Positions 12,301-24,392 of a stretch of 64,000 nt of DNA are shown here, piece by piece. The stretch is from Malacoraja senta (taxonomy: Eukaryota): positions 4,650,001 to 4,714,000 of the forward strand of contig CM075988.1 in assembly GCA_038087875.1 (NCBI GenBank), given 5' to 3'. The notes beneath the pieces were generated by a model that had not been told where the DNA came from, did not search any database, and saw only the letters and a list, made by a program, of their open reading frames with translations. The first letter of the stretch is position 1. Each line of letters opens with the position of its first letter. The translations under genes and the position numbers were made by a program.

Positions 12301-14113
12301 TCTTTCACAATGAACAGGCCACGCCTGCCATAATTCCGTGCCTGCCTCGAACGACAACTCTGGCGAGATTCCCGAGTCTGTCTTGAAAAGGCAATCCTGG
12401 CCATAATACTGAGCCTGCCTCGAAAGACAACTCTAGCCATAATTCTGAGCCTGCCTCGAAAGACAACTCTGGCATTATTTCCGAGCCTGTCTTGAAAGGC
12501 AATCCTGGCCATAATACTGGGCCTGCCTCGAAAGACAACTCAGGCCATAATTTTGAGCCTGCCTCGAAAGACAACTCTGGCCATATTTCCGAGCTTGTCT
12601 CGGAAGGCAATCCTGGCCATAATACTGAGCCTGCCTCGATAGACAACTCTGGCCCCAATTCCAAGCCATGCTTGGAACACTTGTATGCTGTGCAGTATAA
12701 ACTAATCACATGTTATCATTTTACTTTATAAACGGATCTGAATCTCATGTTATCATTGTCATTTGTACAAAAAACAAGTGTAAATATTACCAACTTGTAA
12801 ATGGTCCACATACCCCATGTTTCGGATGAACCAGACCCACCTACCTCCATGGTTATCGGTGGTCTTATGGTAAGCCCAAAGGCCCCTGATGCAGTTTCTA
12901 TTTCCGTACTTGATTGGAGAATAAGACTGGTAGGGTGCGTGGATTCCATATTTTTCCTGAGACCGGCTTGGGCCTTGGCCTGAAAGACCTCTGCCCAGCT
13001 TTCAAGCTGCCACCAGCTTCAGTGAACCGCTTACTGCTGATGAAGGCGAGGGGTGTGTCGTCGCCAAAACGATGAAGCGTTGCTCGTCGACGGTACCTTG
13101 ATTAGTCCGACAGCTTTTGCTTCCTCAAACAAGTATTACCTGTTGGATAAGTCTTACCTGAAGAGAAGATTCGGCGGCTGGTTTCATTTCCTGGATTTCA
13201 TGCCCCCTCCAATGTCACCCTTGATAGCGCTGTTCACTGCCGGCACTTGTAGCGTGAGGGGAACTCTGGCCCCTTCCGGGTTTTCTGCCAACGGCTACAA
13301 ACCAACTCTTCTGGCAGCAGCACCTTCATTTGCAAGTAATCCCTTGAAGTCATATGCATGTGCTCCAGTATGTTCCACAGACATACTTTCGAATTTGAAA
13401 TCAGTTACACACTGACCATTCGCACTCCCCTCCACAGAGAGGGAGATTCATAGGCAGCCCTGAAAACAGGTGCTGTCGCAGGCCCCTGAGGATACCTGCG
13501 CTGATATGGCCCCTCCTACAGACCTATATCAGGATGGAGCATCACATTTGTGGGATAAACGACCGAGGGCGCAATCCATGCTCCATCGGGGTTAAACGTC
13601 CAAGGACGCACCCAGGAATGTCAGAGGGGAACCCTCCTGACCTGACTCGTCCGAGTCCATAGGCGTACCCGACTTATTCTTGGATTTACCCCCTTTCTGG
13701 GGAACCAACGCACTGTCAGCGACTCGGGTGGCGAACCCGACTTACTTTTGGCTTTACTCCCTTTCTGGGGAACCACAGTGGTCTGGGAGCCACTGACCGC
13801 ATTGTCAGCGACTTGAGTAGCGAACCCGACGGCCGACGGCTACCCGCGCTTCCGCAGTCCAGACAGGGATCTCCCCATGATCCATAACCAGTTTCCCCGC
13901 GGCCCGTCAGGACTTCGCCCCGAAATTATCCAGCAGGAAAAACTCTGTAAGAGATTCCTGCAAGAAAAAACAGAACCTGGAAATAAGTTCAAAACTTACC
14001 TGCAGGTTTAAACATACCGCTGGAAGGAGCGACGCACCTGCGTTAGACGTAATGACGCGCATGCGTGCTGACGGCCTTCTTCACGTAGTCACTAACGTGA
14101 CTCCAAAGTAAAA
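9344..14113 (-). mobile_element. DIRS1-like retrotransposon B (full length, decayed)
   Basis: Matched termini (GAAGAAGGCCGTCAGCACGCATGC versus GCATGCGTGCTGACGGCCTTCTTC); ICR 9571-9680; YR ~9900-10830 (AAAGWSNERA, TISRWLK); RT/RH/MT ~10830-12800; gag ~12900-13940. Confidence 0.9.
12325..12668. repeat. 36-bp minisatellite with 108-bp higher-order period inside DIRS B
   Basis: Unit CTGGCCATAATACTGAGCCTGCCTCGAAAGACAACT; every third unit is the variant ..TTTCCGAGCCTGTCTTGAAAGGCAATC; about 9 units. Confidence 0.9.
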
Positions 14114-17100
14114 TAGTAAGATTAAACGAGAACATTCCTGTTTGAAATTTGATCTTTATTTTATGAGGAGTTACGTTGGTGATTACGTGAAGAAGCCCCA
14201 CCAGCCCGCATGCGCGTCAATCTTCAAAGCAGTGGTATGAAATCACAGGTAACAGTAATTGAAGTAACATAGTAAGATCAGAAACTTGTGAACTACCAGA
14301 TGACCTTTGTGAGAGAGGGTTGGGAGTGGAGGGCACGTAATCACCAATGTAACTCCTCATAAAATAAAGATCAAACTTGAAACTGGTAAGTTCTCATTTA
14401 ATCTTACAATTTTACTTCGGAGACACGTGAGTGATTCCGTGAAGAGTTCAAAGCTCTGTGATTTCATGCCATAGATTCAAATCCCGGCGTCTCACTGCAT
14501 CGATTGACTCAGGATTAATGAATAATCAATAATGCATTACACATGACATTGATTTAAACATATTAATGGTTTACGTTAATAAAAAAAATCAATAGCAACT
14601 CCTCTATCTCAGGGGAGGCTAAAGTGGATGCAAAACAGAATGGGCAAATAGCCCCTGGTCGGCAATCGGCCCATGGTAAAAAAAAAATTGAAAATCAATT
14701 CACTTGACCATCCTGTCGCCACGAGGATATGGTCGATGGGAACGTCCATTGCCCTGGCCGCTGACGTTGATGCCGCCCTGGTGGAATGAGATGTAAAATT
14801 GTCAATGTTAATACCTGCATAAACCAGAACCTGCTTCAGCCACCTTGAAATAGTCTGAACCGACTTTTTCTTGTGTGGTTGTTTGTGGCTAATAAACAAT
14901 GCTGATTCCACACCTCTTAGGATTCTGGTGGCCTTGATATAATATAGCAAGCGTGCCCTCACACATAGACGTGAGTCCGTGGGGTATGCCGAAATATGAT
15001 CTTAAACCCTGTCACCCCTGGTCTGCTCTGCCTGTGTAGACCAGAAATGTAAAACGTAATGGCATCTGCAGCCACTTCCATCCTATCTAGCCGCAGCTTT
15101 TGCAATGTCTGCACTCGTTGTGCTGATACTAGTGTCATGACTAAGGAAGTAGCTGGCCCCTGGTGAAGTATTGTAAACAAAATCTCAATATCCTATACTG
15201 CCTATACTTGTACTGGGAGAACTTGTGTTAAAGATATCGTTTACAAACTCGATATCCAGGGTTGAAACCAGACAGAGTGGGTCTTGTGTGCTGCAGCTAA
15301 TATGATGGGAAGGCATGTTTGGCACAGTTAATGGCCCTATACTCAATTATTGTCAGAAGACCATTTAAGAATGAACTGGAACACATCAGTAATCTGTACC
15401 ATATTAAATGTAACATTAACATTAAACAAAACCGCTTCCTACCTCCTGAATAGGAAATGTACAGCTGTTTTGTTGCTATCGCTGCACTCTGCAGTGAGCA
15501 CATACATGGATTGATGTGACAACCTGAGCCGTAGGGCAGTCTATTCAGAATCTGCAAGTTAACAAATTGATTTTATCATGCAGAGGCTGGTTTCCTGAGC
15601 CACAGTTTGAACCAGCAAAGTTTTTGTTTTATAGAATAACCGTATATGTTTGTATTATTATGCCTGACGGAAGCAGGAATCATGGCTGCATAGCCAGTCA
15701 GACAGTACAAAAACTAAAGCGAGTTCTTGCTGGCTTTATTTCAAGACCCGACTGATGAGGCAAAATGAAGGAAGACATAAAAGAACATTCCTCCTTCTTG
15801 TAGTGAGAATGTATCTCTCAACACTGTTATGCCACATATTTTTGCAATCAGTGAATAAGCATGCAACCAACATTTCGATATTTGGTGTTTCATTGAACCA
15901 TACTTTCATAAATACTTTGTGATCCAACACCTATTCTGTGTTGTCATCGATCTGAACTTGATGATACACCAGTGGCAAAGGAGATTAGGTAAATTATTAC
16001 AGGATACTTTTACTTGATTGCCATGTGACTAACATATGCCACCACCGTAGTGTATCAACTTGAAGTTGAGCATGTAGATTATGTATATTCGTTCAATAGC
16101 CCTTTACCTATGGGATGCAACTAGTGTCTATAGCTAGTTGATACCAATAACTGAAGAATTGGCAACTCATCCCCGATTTGCACAGTTGAATCACAGCTAC
16201 TATATTGCCAATTACTCTTGATGAATAGAATTCAGCTTAATAACAGGTTTCTATTAACTCCAATCTCGTGCCACAAGGCGGAGTCATAGGCTAATTAATA
16301 GTTAAAGGTAAATCCCAATGACCAACGAGTCTATTTGGTAACAACTTAAAGTTAACTGGATGGATGAGCCCAATTTCTCAAATATAGTTTGAGGCTGAAA
16401 CAGGCGATTTTAACAAAATACAGCATTAGAATATCATCCAGCCAAGACAAAACAAGTGTTTTCTAACCCTGAGTCCAAACACCGATTTTACTAATTAGTT
16501 AAATAACCTGGGGAAATAGTGTATCCCATTTTGCAATGTTTTACTGTTATTAGTACAGTTATTATTGCCTTTTGATAATTTCCAATGTCTCCGATGATCC
16601 CTGTAATGGGAACTGCATAGAATGGATCTTTGAGACCCTTATGAATCCGTTGTTAGTCAGTAAAGAAGTTTCCTATTTGGAAAGTTCATATGCGAGTTAA
16701 ACAACATTCTCCATTTTTCATAATGAACAGGCCACTCCTGCCATCATTCCATGGGTGCTCCGCACGATAACTCTGGCCCGATTTCCGAGCCTGTCTTGAA
16801 AACGACAATTCAGGCCTTAATTCCAAACTTGCTTGGCATGCTAGTATTGTGCAGTTTTACATGGTTAGATGCCTCTAAGCAGATGACAATGCCTTTATCC
16901 TTTGTGTGCTGTACAAACAAGTGTAAATATTACCAACTTGTGAGTGGTCCACTTACCCATGGTTCGGAAGTGCCAGACCCACCTTGTTGAGTTGGACTGG
17001 TAGGGTGCGTGGAACCTCTGCCCAGCTGTCATGCTGCCACCAGCTTCAGTGAACCGCTTACTGCCGATGAAGGCATGGGGTGCGTTCTGAAACGATGAAC

Positions 17101-18382
17101 CTTTGCCCGCCTTTGGTCTTGATTGGTCCGACAGCTTTTGCTTCGTCCGACCAGGTTTTTGCTGTTGAATAGACCTCACCTGAATAGAAGATTCGGCGGC
17201 TGTCTCTCATATCCCCCTGATAGCGCTGATCACTGCCGGCACACATGTGCTCCAGTATGTTCCACGGACATCTTTAGAATCTGCACTATACGGCCCCCAG
17301 TGGACCTATACCAGGATGGAACATTCTGTTGGGATGGCAAACTTTGTTGTCAGGAAATGATACCTCTGACATGTGCCCTTCATCCCTTGGGGTATGCTCC
17401 ATGGCTATACCCTCAGACTCGGCGTCAGAATTACACTGATCCGTGATGGTCTCCCCCTCCAAGAGGGAGACATGTAGCAGCTCTGTCCCAGGCGCTTTTG
17501 GCGCGTGCTCTCCCGTAGGCCGGCGCTGTGACAGATTCAGCATCAGCAGTATACTGACCCATGATGGTCTCCCCTTCCAACAGGGAGACATTAAGCAGCC
17601 CTGTCCCAGGTGCTGCTAGCACAGCCTCTCCTATAGACCGGCGCTGTCACACATTAAGCAGCCCTGTCCTAGGCGCTGCTGGCACGGCCTGTCCCATAGG
17701 CCCGCGCTATTACAGATCTGGTGTCTGAGGTGACCTGACCCGGCATGGTGTCCTCAGCTCGGGGAATGCATGTCCAAATTCAATTGTGGATTGTGGAGCT
17801 TCACCTGTGAAGGGTTAAAATGACAACAGAATCCATTCAAATACATACTTATTTCCGGAGGGGAATCCTTGCATCCCGACTCGTCCGAGTTCAATAGGGC
17901 TGATCGATGTATCGGTGATGTATCATGCCTGGGGACCACTGCGAACGATAATATGTCTGTGAGCCGCTGACCGCACTGTCAGCGACTCTGACGGTGATAC
18001 CGCCTTCCTGCTTGATTTGCCCTCCCCGGGAACCACTGCAGGCTGGAAACCACTGACCGCCTTGTCAGTGACTGGGATCACGAACCCGACATCTGCCAAC
18101 TATCCTCTTCCGTGGTCAGAACCGGGGTCTCCCCACAGCCCATAGCCGGTTCACTCGCCGGAATTTGCCACAATATCTAGCAGGATACCTCTGTGAAAAG
18201 AGGTTCCTGCAAGAAATTCAAAAACCTGGTAAGTAGCACAAAACTACCTGTGGTTTTAAACTTACCGTCGGCAGGAGCGATGCCCTGCCAGTCCGGTGCT
18301 TCACCATGCGAACGACGATATGACGCGCATGCGGACTGGCGGGGCTTATTCACGGAATCACTCACGTGACTCCGAAGTAAAA
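14110..18382 (-). mobile_element. DIRS1-like retrotransposon C (full length, decayed)
   Basis: ICR 14334-14444 carries GATTCCGTGAA, matching its own right end TTCACGGAATC; YR peptide TISRWLK..FTSHSTRAASTSAA..ATGWS (14609-14962). Confidence 0.9.
17413..17715. repeat. ~118-bp tandem duplication in the gag region of DIRS C
   Basis: Repeated CAGA.TC.GC.TCAG..TGATGGTCTCCCC..GGGAGACAT..AGCAGC.CTGTCCCAGG plus a partial third copy. Confidence 0.8.
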
Positions 18383-19110
18383 TAGAGTTAATGGTAAATT
18401 CCAAATACTCAATAATTCTGGATGGTATCAATTTTGATTTAACAGGATGGATGAGAACCCCAATCTCTCAAACATGAGTTTAGTGGCTGAAACAGCTAAT
18501 TTAGCCAACTCCAGGGTTTTCCTTATGATTAGGATATCATCCAAATATGCCATAACAATATGATTTTGAGCTCGAAGTAGCCCAAGTACTGGCTTCAAAA
18601 ATTTGGTAAATAATCTGGGCTGAAGTTAACCCATTAGGCAATGCTTTAAACGGCCACAGTTGCCTCATCCAGCTAAATTTCAAATATCTCCGGTGATCCC
18701 AGCGAAAGGGTACCGAGATAGTATGCATCTTTGAGATCGATGCATGCCATATAACATCCTATGGAAACCAGTCGTTTGGCAGTAACAAAGTTTCCCATTT
18801 TGAAATGTCTATACTGCACAAAATGAGTTAAGTCGAGTCAAAATATTAGAAACAAATTGGTTCAAGACTCGACTTCTCAATTACCCCTTTTGTATATAAC
18901 TTTTGATTTTCAGCTTGTACATCCAAACCTTCCAGTTGTGAATGGACAATGGTTTGGCGTATGCTGTGTGGGTAGCAATGAATTGAATTCAATTTGGAAA
19001 CATTGTATACTGTGCAGTATCAATGAATCTGATATTATCCAATGCCTTTCATTCAAAACAAGTGTAATCTCACCAACTTGTAACTGATCCACACAACCCA
19101 TGTGTCGGAA
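18383..19110 (-). pseudogene. RT catalytic core of DIRS A
   Basis: KALPNGLTSA and HIVMAYLDDILI (YLDD, ~18527-18557) on minus. Confidence 0.85.
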
Positions 19111-19199
19111 AGAACCAGACCCACGTACCTGCATGGTTACCGGTGGTCTTACGGTAACCCCAAAGGCCCCTGTTGTGGGTTCTATTACCGTCATTGATT

Positions 19200-20251
19200 T
19201 GGAGGGTAGGACTGCTGGGGTGCGTGGATTGCACATTTTCCATGAGGGCCGGCTTGGGCCTTGACCCGTAGACCTCCGCCCAGAGAATCAGCTTTCAAGC
19301 TGCCACCAGCTTCAGTGAACCGCTTACTGCTGATGGAGGCGTAGGGGTGTTTGTCGCCGAAATGGTGAAGCTTTGCTCGTCGCTGGTACCTTGATTAGTC
19401 CGACAGCTTTGCTTCCTCATCCAGTTTTTTTTACCTGTTTGGCTAGGTCTTCTCCAAGGAGAAGATTCGGCAGCTGGACATTGCTGGCCTCGCCATCCAT
19501 AGTCTCCCCAGATAGCGCTGTTCACTGCCGGCACCTTCAGGAATGCACAATTTACAGGTGTATGTTCCTGTAATGACATGACATGAGGTCACTGATGCTT
19601 ACCAAGCTTGTAATGTGAGGGGAAACTCTGCCCCCCCCACCCCCCCCCCCCCCGGGTTTTCTGCCATAGGCTGGAAGCCAACTCTTCCTGCAGCGGCTCC
19701 TCCGTTTGCGAGGATATCGCAACACTTGATGCCATGACAGACAATTCTTGAACCTCACGCATGTACTCCAGTATGTTTCACGGACATACTTCCCAGTTTG
19801 GAGTCAGTCACACACTGACCCCCTCGCACTCCCCTCCACAGAGAGGGAGATTTGTAAGCAGCCCTGAAACAGGTGCTGCTGCAGGTCCCCGACGAGGCCT
19901 GTGCTGAAATGGCCCCGTTCCACGGACCATATCAGGGTGGAGCATAACCTCAGTGGGATGAACGCCCTGTGGACGCATCCATGCTCCACCTGGGTAAACA
20001 TCCAAGGACGTACCCATGGAGGGGAACCCTCCTGGCCTGACTTGTCCCAGTCCAGGCCCCTCGGACTCCATTCGGCTGCACAGCCTCTCGGGGCTGCCGG
20101 AGTCTGGAGTCGCTAACCGCACTGCCAGCGACTTGGGTAGCGAACCCGACCGCCGCCGGCTGCCTGCACTCCCGCGGAGCCGGGATTCCCCTGCGGTCTC
20201 CGTAGCCGGGTTTCCCCGCAGCTCGTCAGGATTTCGACCCCGGAATGACAT
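19200..20251 (-). pseudogene. gag-like ORF1 of DIRS A (disrupted)
   Basis: First ORF after the 5' terminus (MSFRGRNP...); NCAFLKVPAVNSAIW segment; position typical of DIRS ORF1. Confidence 0.65.
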
Positions 20252-21008
20252 CTAGCAGGAACTCTGTAAAAGAGCTTCCTGCAAGGAAAAAGCACAATCT
20301 GAAATTAAGTTCGAAAACTTACCTGCAGGATTTTGAAAGTGACCGCTGGAGGAGCAACGCGCCTGCCAGCCAGTCGTTACGCCATACGTTAGACGTAATG
20401 ACGCACATGCGGGCTGGTGGGCTCTTCGCGTAGTCATTCACGTGACTCCGAAGTAAAATTACTTAATTTATTCAGATATTTATAGATTTTGTTCTATACT
20501 TAAAAAAGGCATTGCCATTAAAGTGGTTAGTAAGTTCTTATTGGTTTTAATGGCAGTGGAGCTGGAAATTTGATATGTTTTTTTTCTCTCTACCTATGGT
20601 TTTCTAATTTCAAAGTAGCAGGATATTTCCCAAATTTACTGTAACATAACGTTTTAGGGAAGACCAGACGAGCTAGTGGGATCATACATTTATAAATGGC
20701 AACACTGGAGGATTGCCGTGGGCAACTGTTAAATTGTAACTTTACTTTGTGTAGCAATTTAGCTACCAAAGTTGATATTTGGTGGTATTGTGAGCTTTCG
20801 TCGGGGAGAGTTATAGAAAGTTATATTAGTTGGATACTAATATATTAAATCACATACTCTATGGTTTTTAGAGCTAGTTTTCCAAGAAACAAACTGCAGT
20901 AATCAAAGCCCGAAAGGGTAGGATGGGGCTAAGGCCCAGCGTTCAGACATTGGAATGGTTTTTCTTTATCATTCTATGATTTTCCAACTCAAGTGGTAAT
21001 TAAACTTA

Positions 21009-21151
21009 ATAGAAACATAGGAACATAGAAAATAGGTGCAGGAGGAGGCCATTCGACCCTTCGAGCCAGCACCGCCATTCACCGTGATCATGGCTGATCG
21101 TCCCCAATCAATAACCGTTCCTGCCTTCTCCCCATATCCCTTGATTCCACT
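21009..21151 (-). mobile_element. Short CR1/HER1 3' end with (ATAGAAAC)n-type tail
   Basis: GGTGCAGGAGGAGGCCATTCG.CCCTTCGAGCCAGCACC terminal motif. Confidence 0.85.
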
Positions 21152-22880
21152 AATAGACAATAGACAATAGGTGCAGTAGGCCATTCGGCCCTTCGAGCCA
21201 GCACCGCCATTCAATGTGATCATGGCTGATCATCCCCAATTAGTTCCCTGTTCCTGCCTTCTCCCCATATCCCCTGACTCTGCTATTTTTAAGAGCCCTA
21301 CCTAGCTCTCTCTTAAAAGCATCCAGAGAACCTGCCTCGACCGCCCTCTGAGGCAGAGAATTCCACAGACTAACAACTCTTTGTGAGAAAATGTGTTTCC
21401 TCGTCTCCGTTCTAAATGGCTTACTCCTTATTCTTAAACTGTGGTCCCTGGTTCTGGACTCCCCCGCCATCGGGAACATGTTTCCTGCCTCTAGCATGTC
21501 CAAACCCTTAACAATCTTATATGTTTCAATGAGATTACCTCTCATCCTTCTAAACTCCAGAGTGCACAAACCCAGCTGCTCCAGTCTATCAGCAAATGAC
21601 AGTCCCACCATCCCGGAAATTGTCCCTAGAGCCATTCGCTTTCTTCACTGCCTGCTGTGCCTGCACGCTTACTTTCATAGACTGATGAATAAGGACCCCC
21701 CAGATCCCATTGTACTTCCCCTTTTCCCAACTTGACGCCATTTAGATAGTAATCTGCCTTCCTGTTTTTGCTACCAAAGTGGATAACCTCACAATTATCC
21801 GCATTAAACTTCATCTGCCATGCATCTGCCCACTCCCCCAACCTGTCCAAGTCACCCTGCATTCTCATAGCATCCTCCTCACAGTTCACACTGCCACCCA
21901 GCTTTGTGTCATCTGCAAATTTGCTAATGTTACTTTGAATCCCTTCATCCAAATCATTGATGTATATTGTAAATATCTGCAGTCCCAGCACCGGGCCTTG
22001 CGGTACCCCACTAGTCACTGCCTGCCATTCTGAAAGGAACCCGTTAATCCCTACTCTTTGTTTCCTGTCTGCCAACCAATTCTCTATCCATGTCAGCACT
22101 CTACCACCAATAACATGTGCCCTAATTTTGCCCACTACTCTCCGATGTGGGAACTTATCAAATGCTTTCTGAAAGTCCAGGTACACTACATCCACTGGCT
22201 CTCCGTTGTCCATTTTCATAGTTACATCTTCAAAAAATTCCAGAAGATTAGTCAAGCATGTTTCCTCCTTCGTAAATCCATGCTGACTCGGACCGATCCT
22301 GTTACTGCTATCCAAATGTGTGGCTATTTCCTCTTTTATAATTGACTCCAGCATCTTCCCTACCACCGATGTCAGGCTAACTGGTCTATAATTCCCTGTT
22401 TTCTCTCTCCCACCTTTTTTAAAAAGTGGGATAACATTAGCTACCCTCCAATCCACAGGAACTGACCCCGAGTCTATAGAACATTGGAAAATTATCACCA
22501 ATGCATCCACAATTTCTAGAGCCACTTCCTTAAGTACCCTGGGATGCAGACCATCAGGCCCTGGGGATTTATCAGCCTTCAGTCCCATCAGTCTATCCAA
22601 CACCATTTCCTGCCTAACGTGGATTTCATTCAGTTCCTCCATCACCTCAGATCCTCTGGCCACTACCATATCAGGAAGATTGTTTGTGTCCTCCTTAGTG
22701 AAGACAGATCCAAAATACCTGTTCAACTCATCTGCCATTTCTTTGTTCCCCTTAATAAATTCAACTTTTTCGGTCTTCAAGGGTCCAACTTTGGTCTTAA
22801 CTAATTTTTTCCTCTTCACATACCTAGAGAAGCTTTTACTATCCAGCTATATATTCTTGGCTAGCTTACCTTCGTACCTC
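21152..22880 (-). mobile_element. 5'-truncated CR1/HER1 LINE with RT domain and an internal deletion near 21625
   Basis: 397-aa ORF 21626-22819: KSPGPDGLHPRVLKE, NYRPVSLTS, YLDFQKAFDK, SGVPQG, KFADDTKLGG; (AATAGAC)n tail. Confidence 0.95.
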
Positions 22881-23338
22881 ATAGAAACATAGTGAAAACT
22901 TTTTTTCACTACTAGTTTTCTTTACATATTTTTTGGATGTTCAAAAAGTTTAATAAAATAAACATTTAAGAAATTAGTTAATTTATGTTTTTTGCACACT
23001 TGACAAAATAAATTATATATAAAATTATACACAAGGGAGAATAAGACGAAAATTATCAAAAAAAGATAAGAAAATTTAGTCGAGGGTGAATGAAATTCTG
23101 TGATAAAGACTCGAGGGTGAATGACACTGAAATAGTTTAAGAAGCCACTGCTCTAAACGATGCTCCAGCTGTGATAGAGATGCAGTTAAGAGAAGAGGGT
23201 AACACAAATTTAAATCTGTGTGAATATTAAGTGAACTAAACTCAAATTGCGGTTGTATAATGGATCCATCCACACCTAATTGTGCTTCTCATGTTTCCCA
23301 TGTACTTCTCCATAAATTCTGCCCAACGCTCCAATCAG

Positions 23339-23494
23339 ACCCACACAAGCCAACGCGCTGCGCTGGTGATGAGGAAAAATAATTATCAAAACATATTGTT
23401 GAAGGCACTGAATGACTTGAACAGTGAGAAGTTGAGTCCCAATAATGCCAATGTTGTGAAAACAAAGAGGAGAAGCCAAGGAGTGTTTGGAATC
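23339..23494 (+). CDS. Candidate internal exon, unidentified gene (THTSQRAALVMRKNNYQNILLKALNDLNSEKLSPNNANVVKTKRRSQGVFGI)
   Basis: Unique sequence; pyrimidine-rich acceptor ..CCAATCAG; donor ATC|GTAAGT; 156 nt open, phase 0-0. Confidence 0.3.
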
Positions 23495-23679
23495 GTAAGT
23501 GTGAATAGTGCCAGTGTAGTCTTAATGATGTCTACATTGAGCCTTGGGCTCTACAATAGAGACGAAGAATTGTCAGATGAATTATAGTTTTGCGGAAAAT
23601 TCATAACATGTCTGGAGGCCATTCAGTCCATTGTACCTATCCTGACCCTTGGTTCTAGTCCTGTAGATTGTAGTCTTTC

Positions 23680-24112
23680 AGTTAGTTTAGTTTATTGTCA
23701 CATGTAGTGAGGTACAGTGAAAAGCTTTTGTTGCGTGCTATCCAGTCAGCAGGATATACATGATTACAATCGAGCCATTTAAAGTGTGCAAATACATGAC
23801 AAGGGAATAACGTTTAGTGCAAGGTAAAGCCAGCAAAGTCCGATCAAGGATAGTCTGAGGGTCACCAATGAGGTAGGTAGTAGTTCAGGACTGCTCTCTG
23901 GTTGTTCTCCCCTTGTATTGTATGTTCTCTCTATGACCGAGTGGGTTTTCTCTGGGTGCTCTGGCTTCAGACAACACTCCAAAGATGGACAGGTTTGTAG
24001 GTTAATTGGCGTTGGTAAAAAATTGTAAATGTACAGGGAATGGCTGGACGGTGCAGACTCGGTGGGCCGAAGGAGCTGTTTCCACACTGTATCTTTAAGT
24101 TACATTAAACTA
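23680..24112. mobile_element. Rex1/L2-type LINE 3' tail (minus, 23680-23905) followed by a partial V-SINE (plus)
   Basis: GTTTAGTTTATTGTCAC..GGGAATAACGTTTAGTGCAAGGTAAAGCC; same family on plus at 53085-53285. Confidence 0.6.
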
Positions 24113-24287
24113 TATATATTTAAATGCCAGAGGTTTGACAGGTCACGTGGACAAACTGAAGATATCTTCAAGGAGATATTCCAGTGTTTGGAATGAGATG
24201 ACAGCTTTTTATTCTACCAGGGAGTTACAGATCTCAACCACTCTCACTGAGAATTCTTTTTCCTCCAATTCCCCAACTATTACTTAC

Positions 24288-24351
24288 ACTTTATACAGAG
24301 TTTAAATCTGCTGGTAATCCAAAACAAAAATAGAAGATCGTGCCGCATCGA
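24288..24351 (-). CDS. Candidate internal exon (SMRHDLLFLFWITSRFKLCIK)
   Basis: Minus-strand acceptor CTCTGCTTTTTCTCTCAG; donor |GTAAGT; only phase 0 is open; phase-compatible with 27627-27709. Confidence 0.3.
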
Positions 24352-24392
24352 CTGAGAGAAAAAGCAGAGCTGGTATTTCAGGTCATGAAAGA

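Larger units (their letters stand above)
5899..20458 (-). mobile_element. DIRS1-like retrotransposon A (host), split at 9347/18379 by elements B and C
   Basis: Left end AAAATAGTAAGATTAAACGAG; right end CACGTGACTCCGAAGTAAAA; ICR at ~6096-6208; gag, RT, RNase H, MT and YR order on minus; RT sequence resumes across the nested insertion. Confidence 0.9.

Noticed and set aside
12240..12731. 36-bp repeats suggesting CRISPR or a repeat protein
   Set aside because: Units are adjacent without spacers; a minisatellite inside DIRS B.
20459..21008. Possible ancient L1 ORF2 remnant as host of DIRS A (NLFRYL*I-like peptide)
   Set aside because: Only one short degenerate motif with many stops; cannot be supported by eye.
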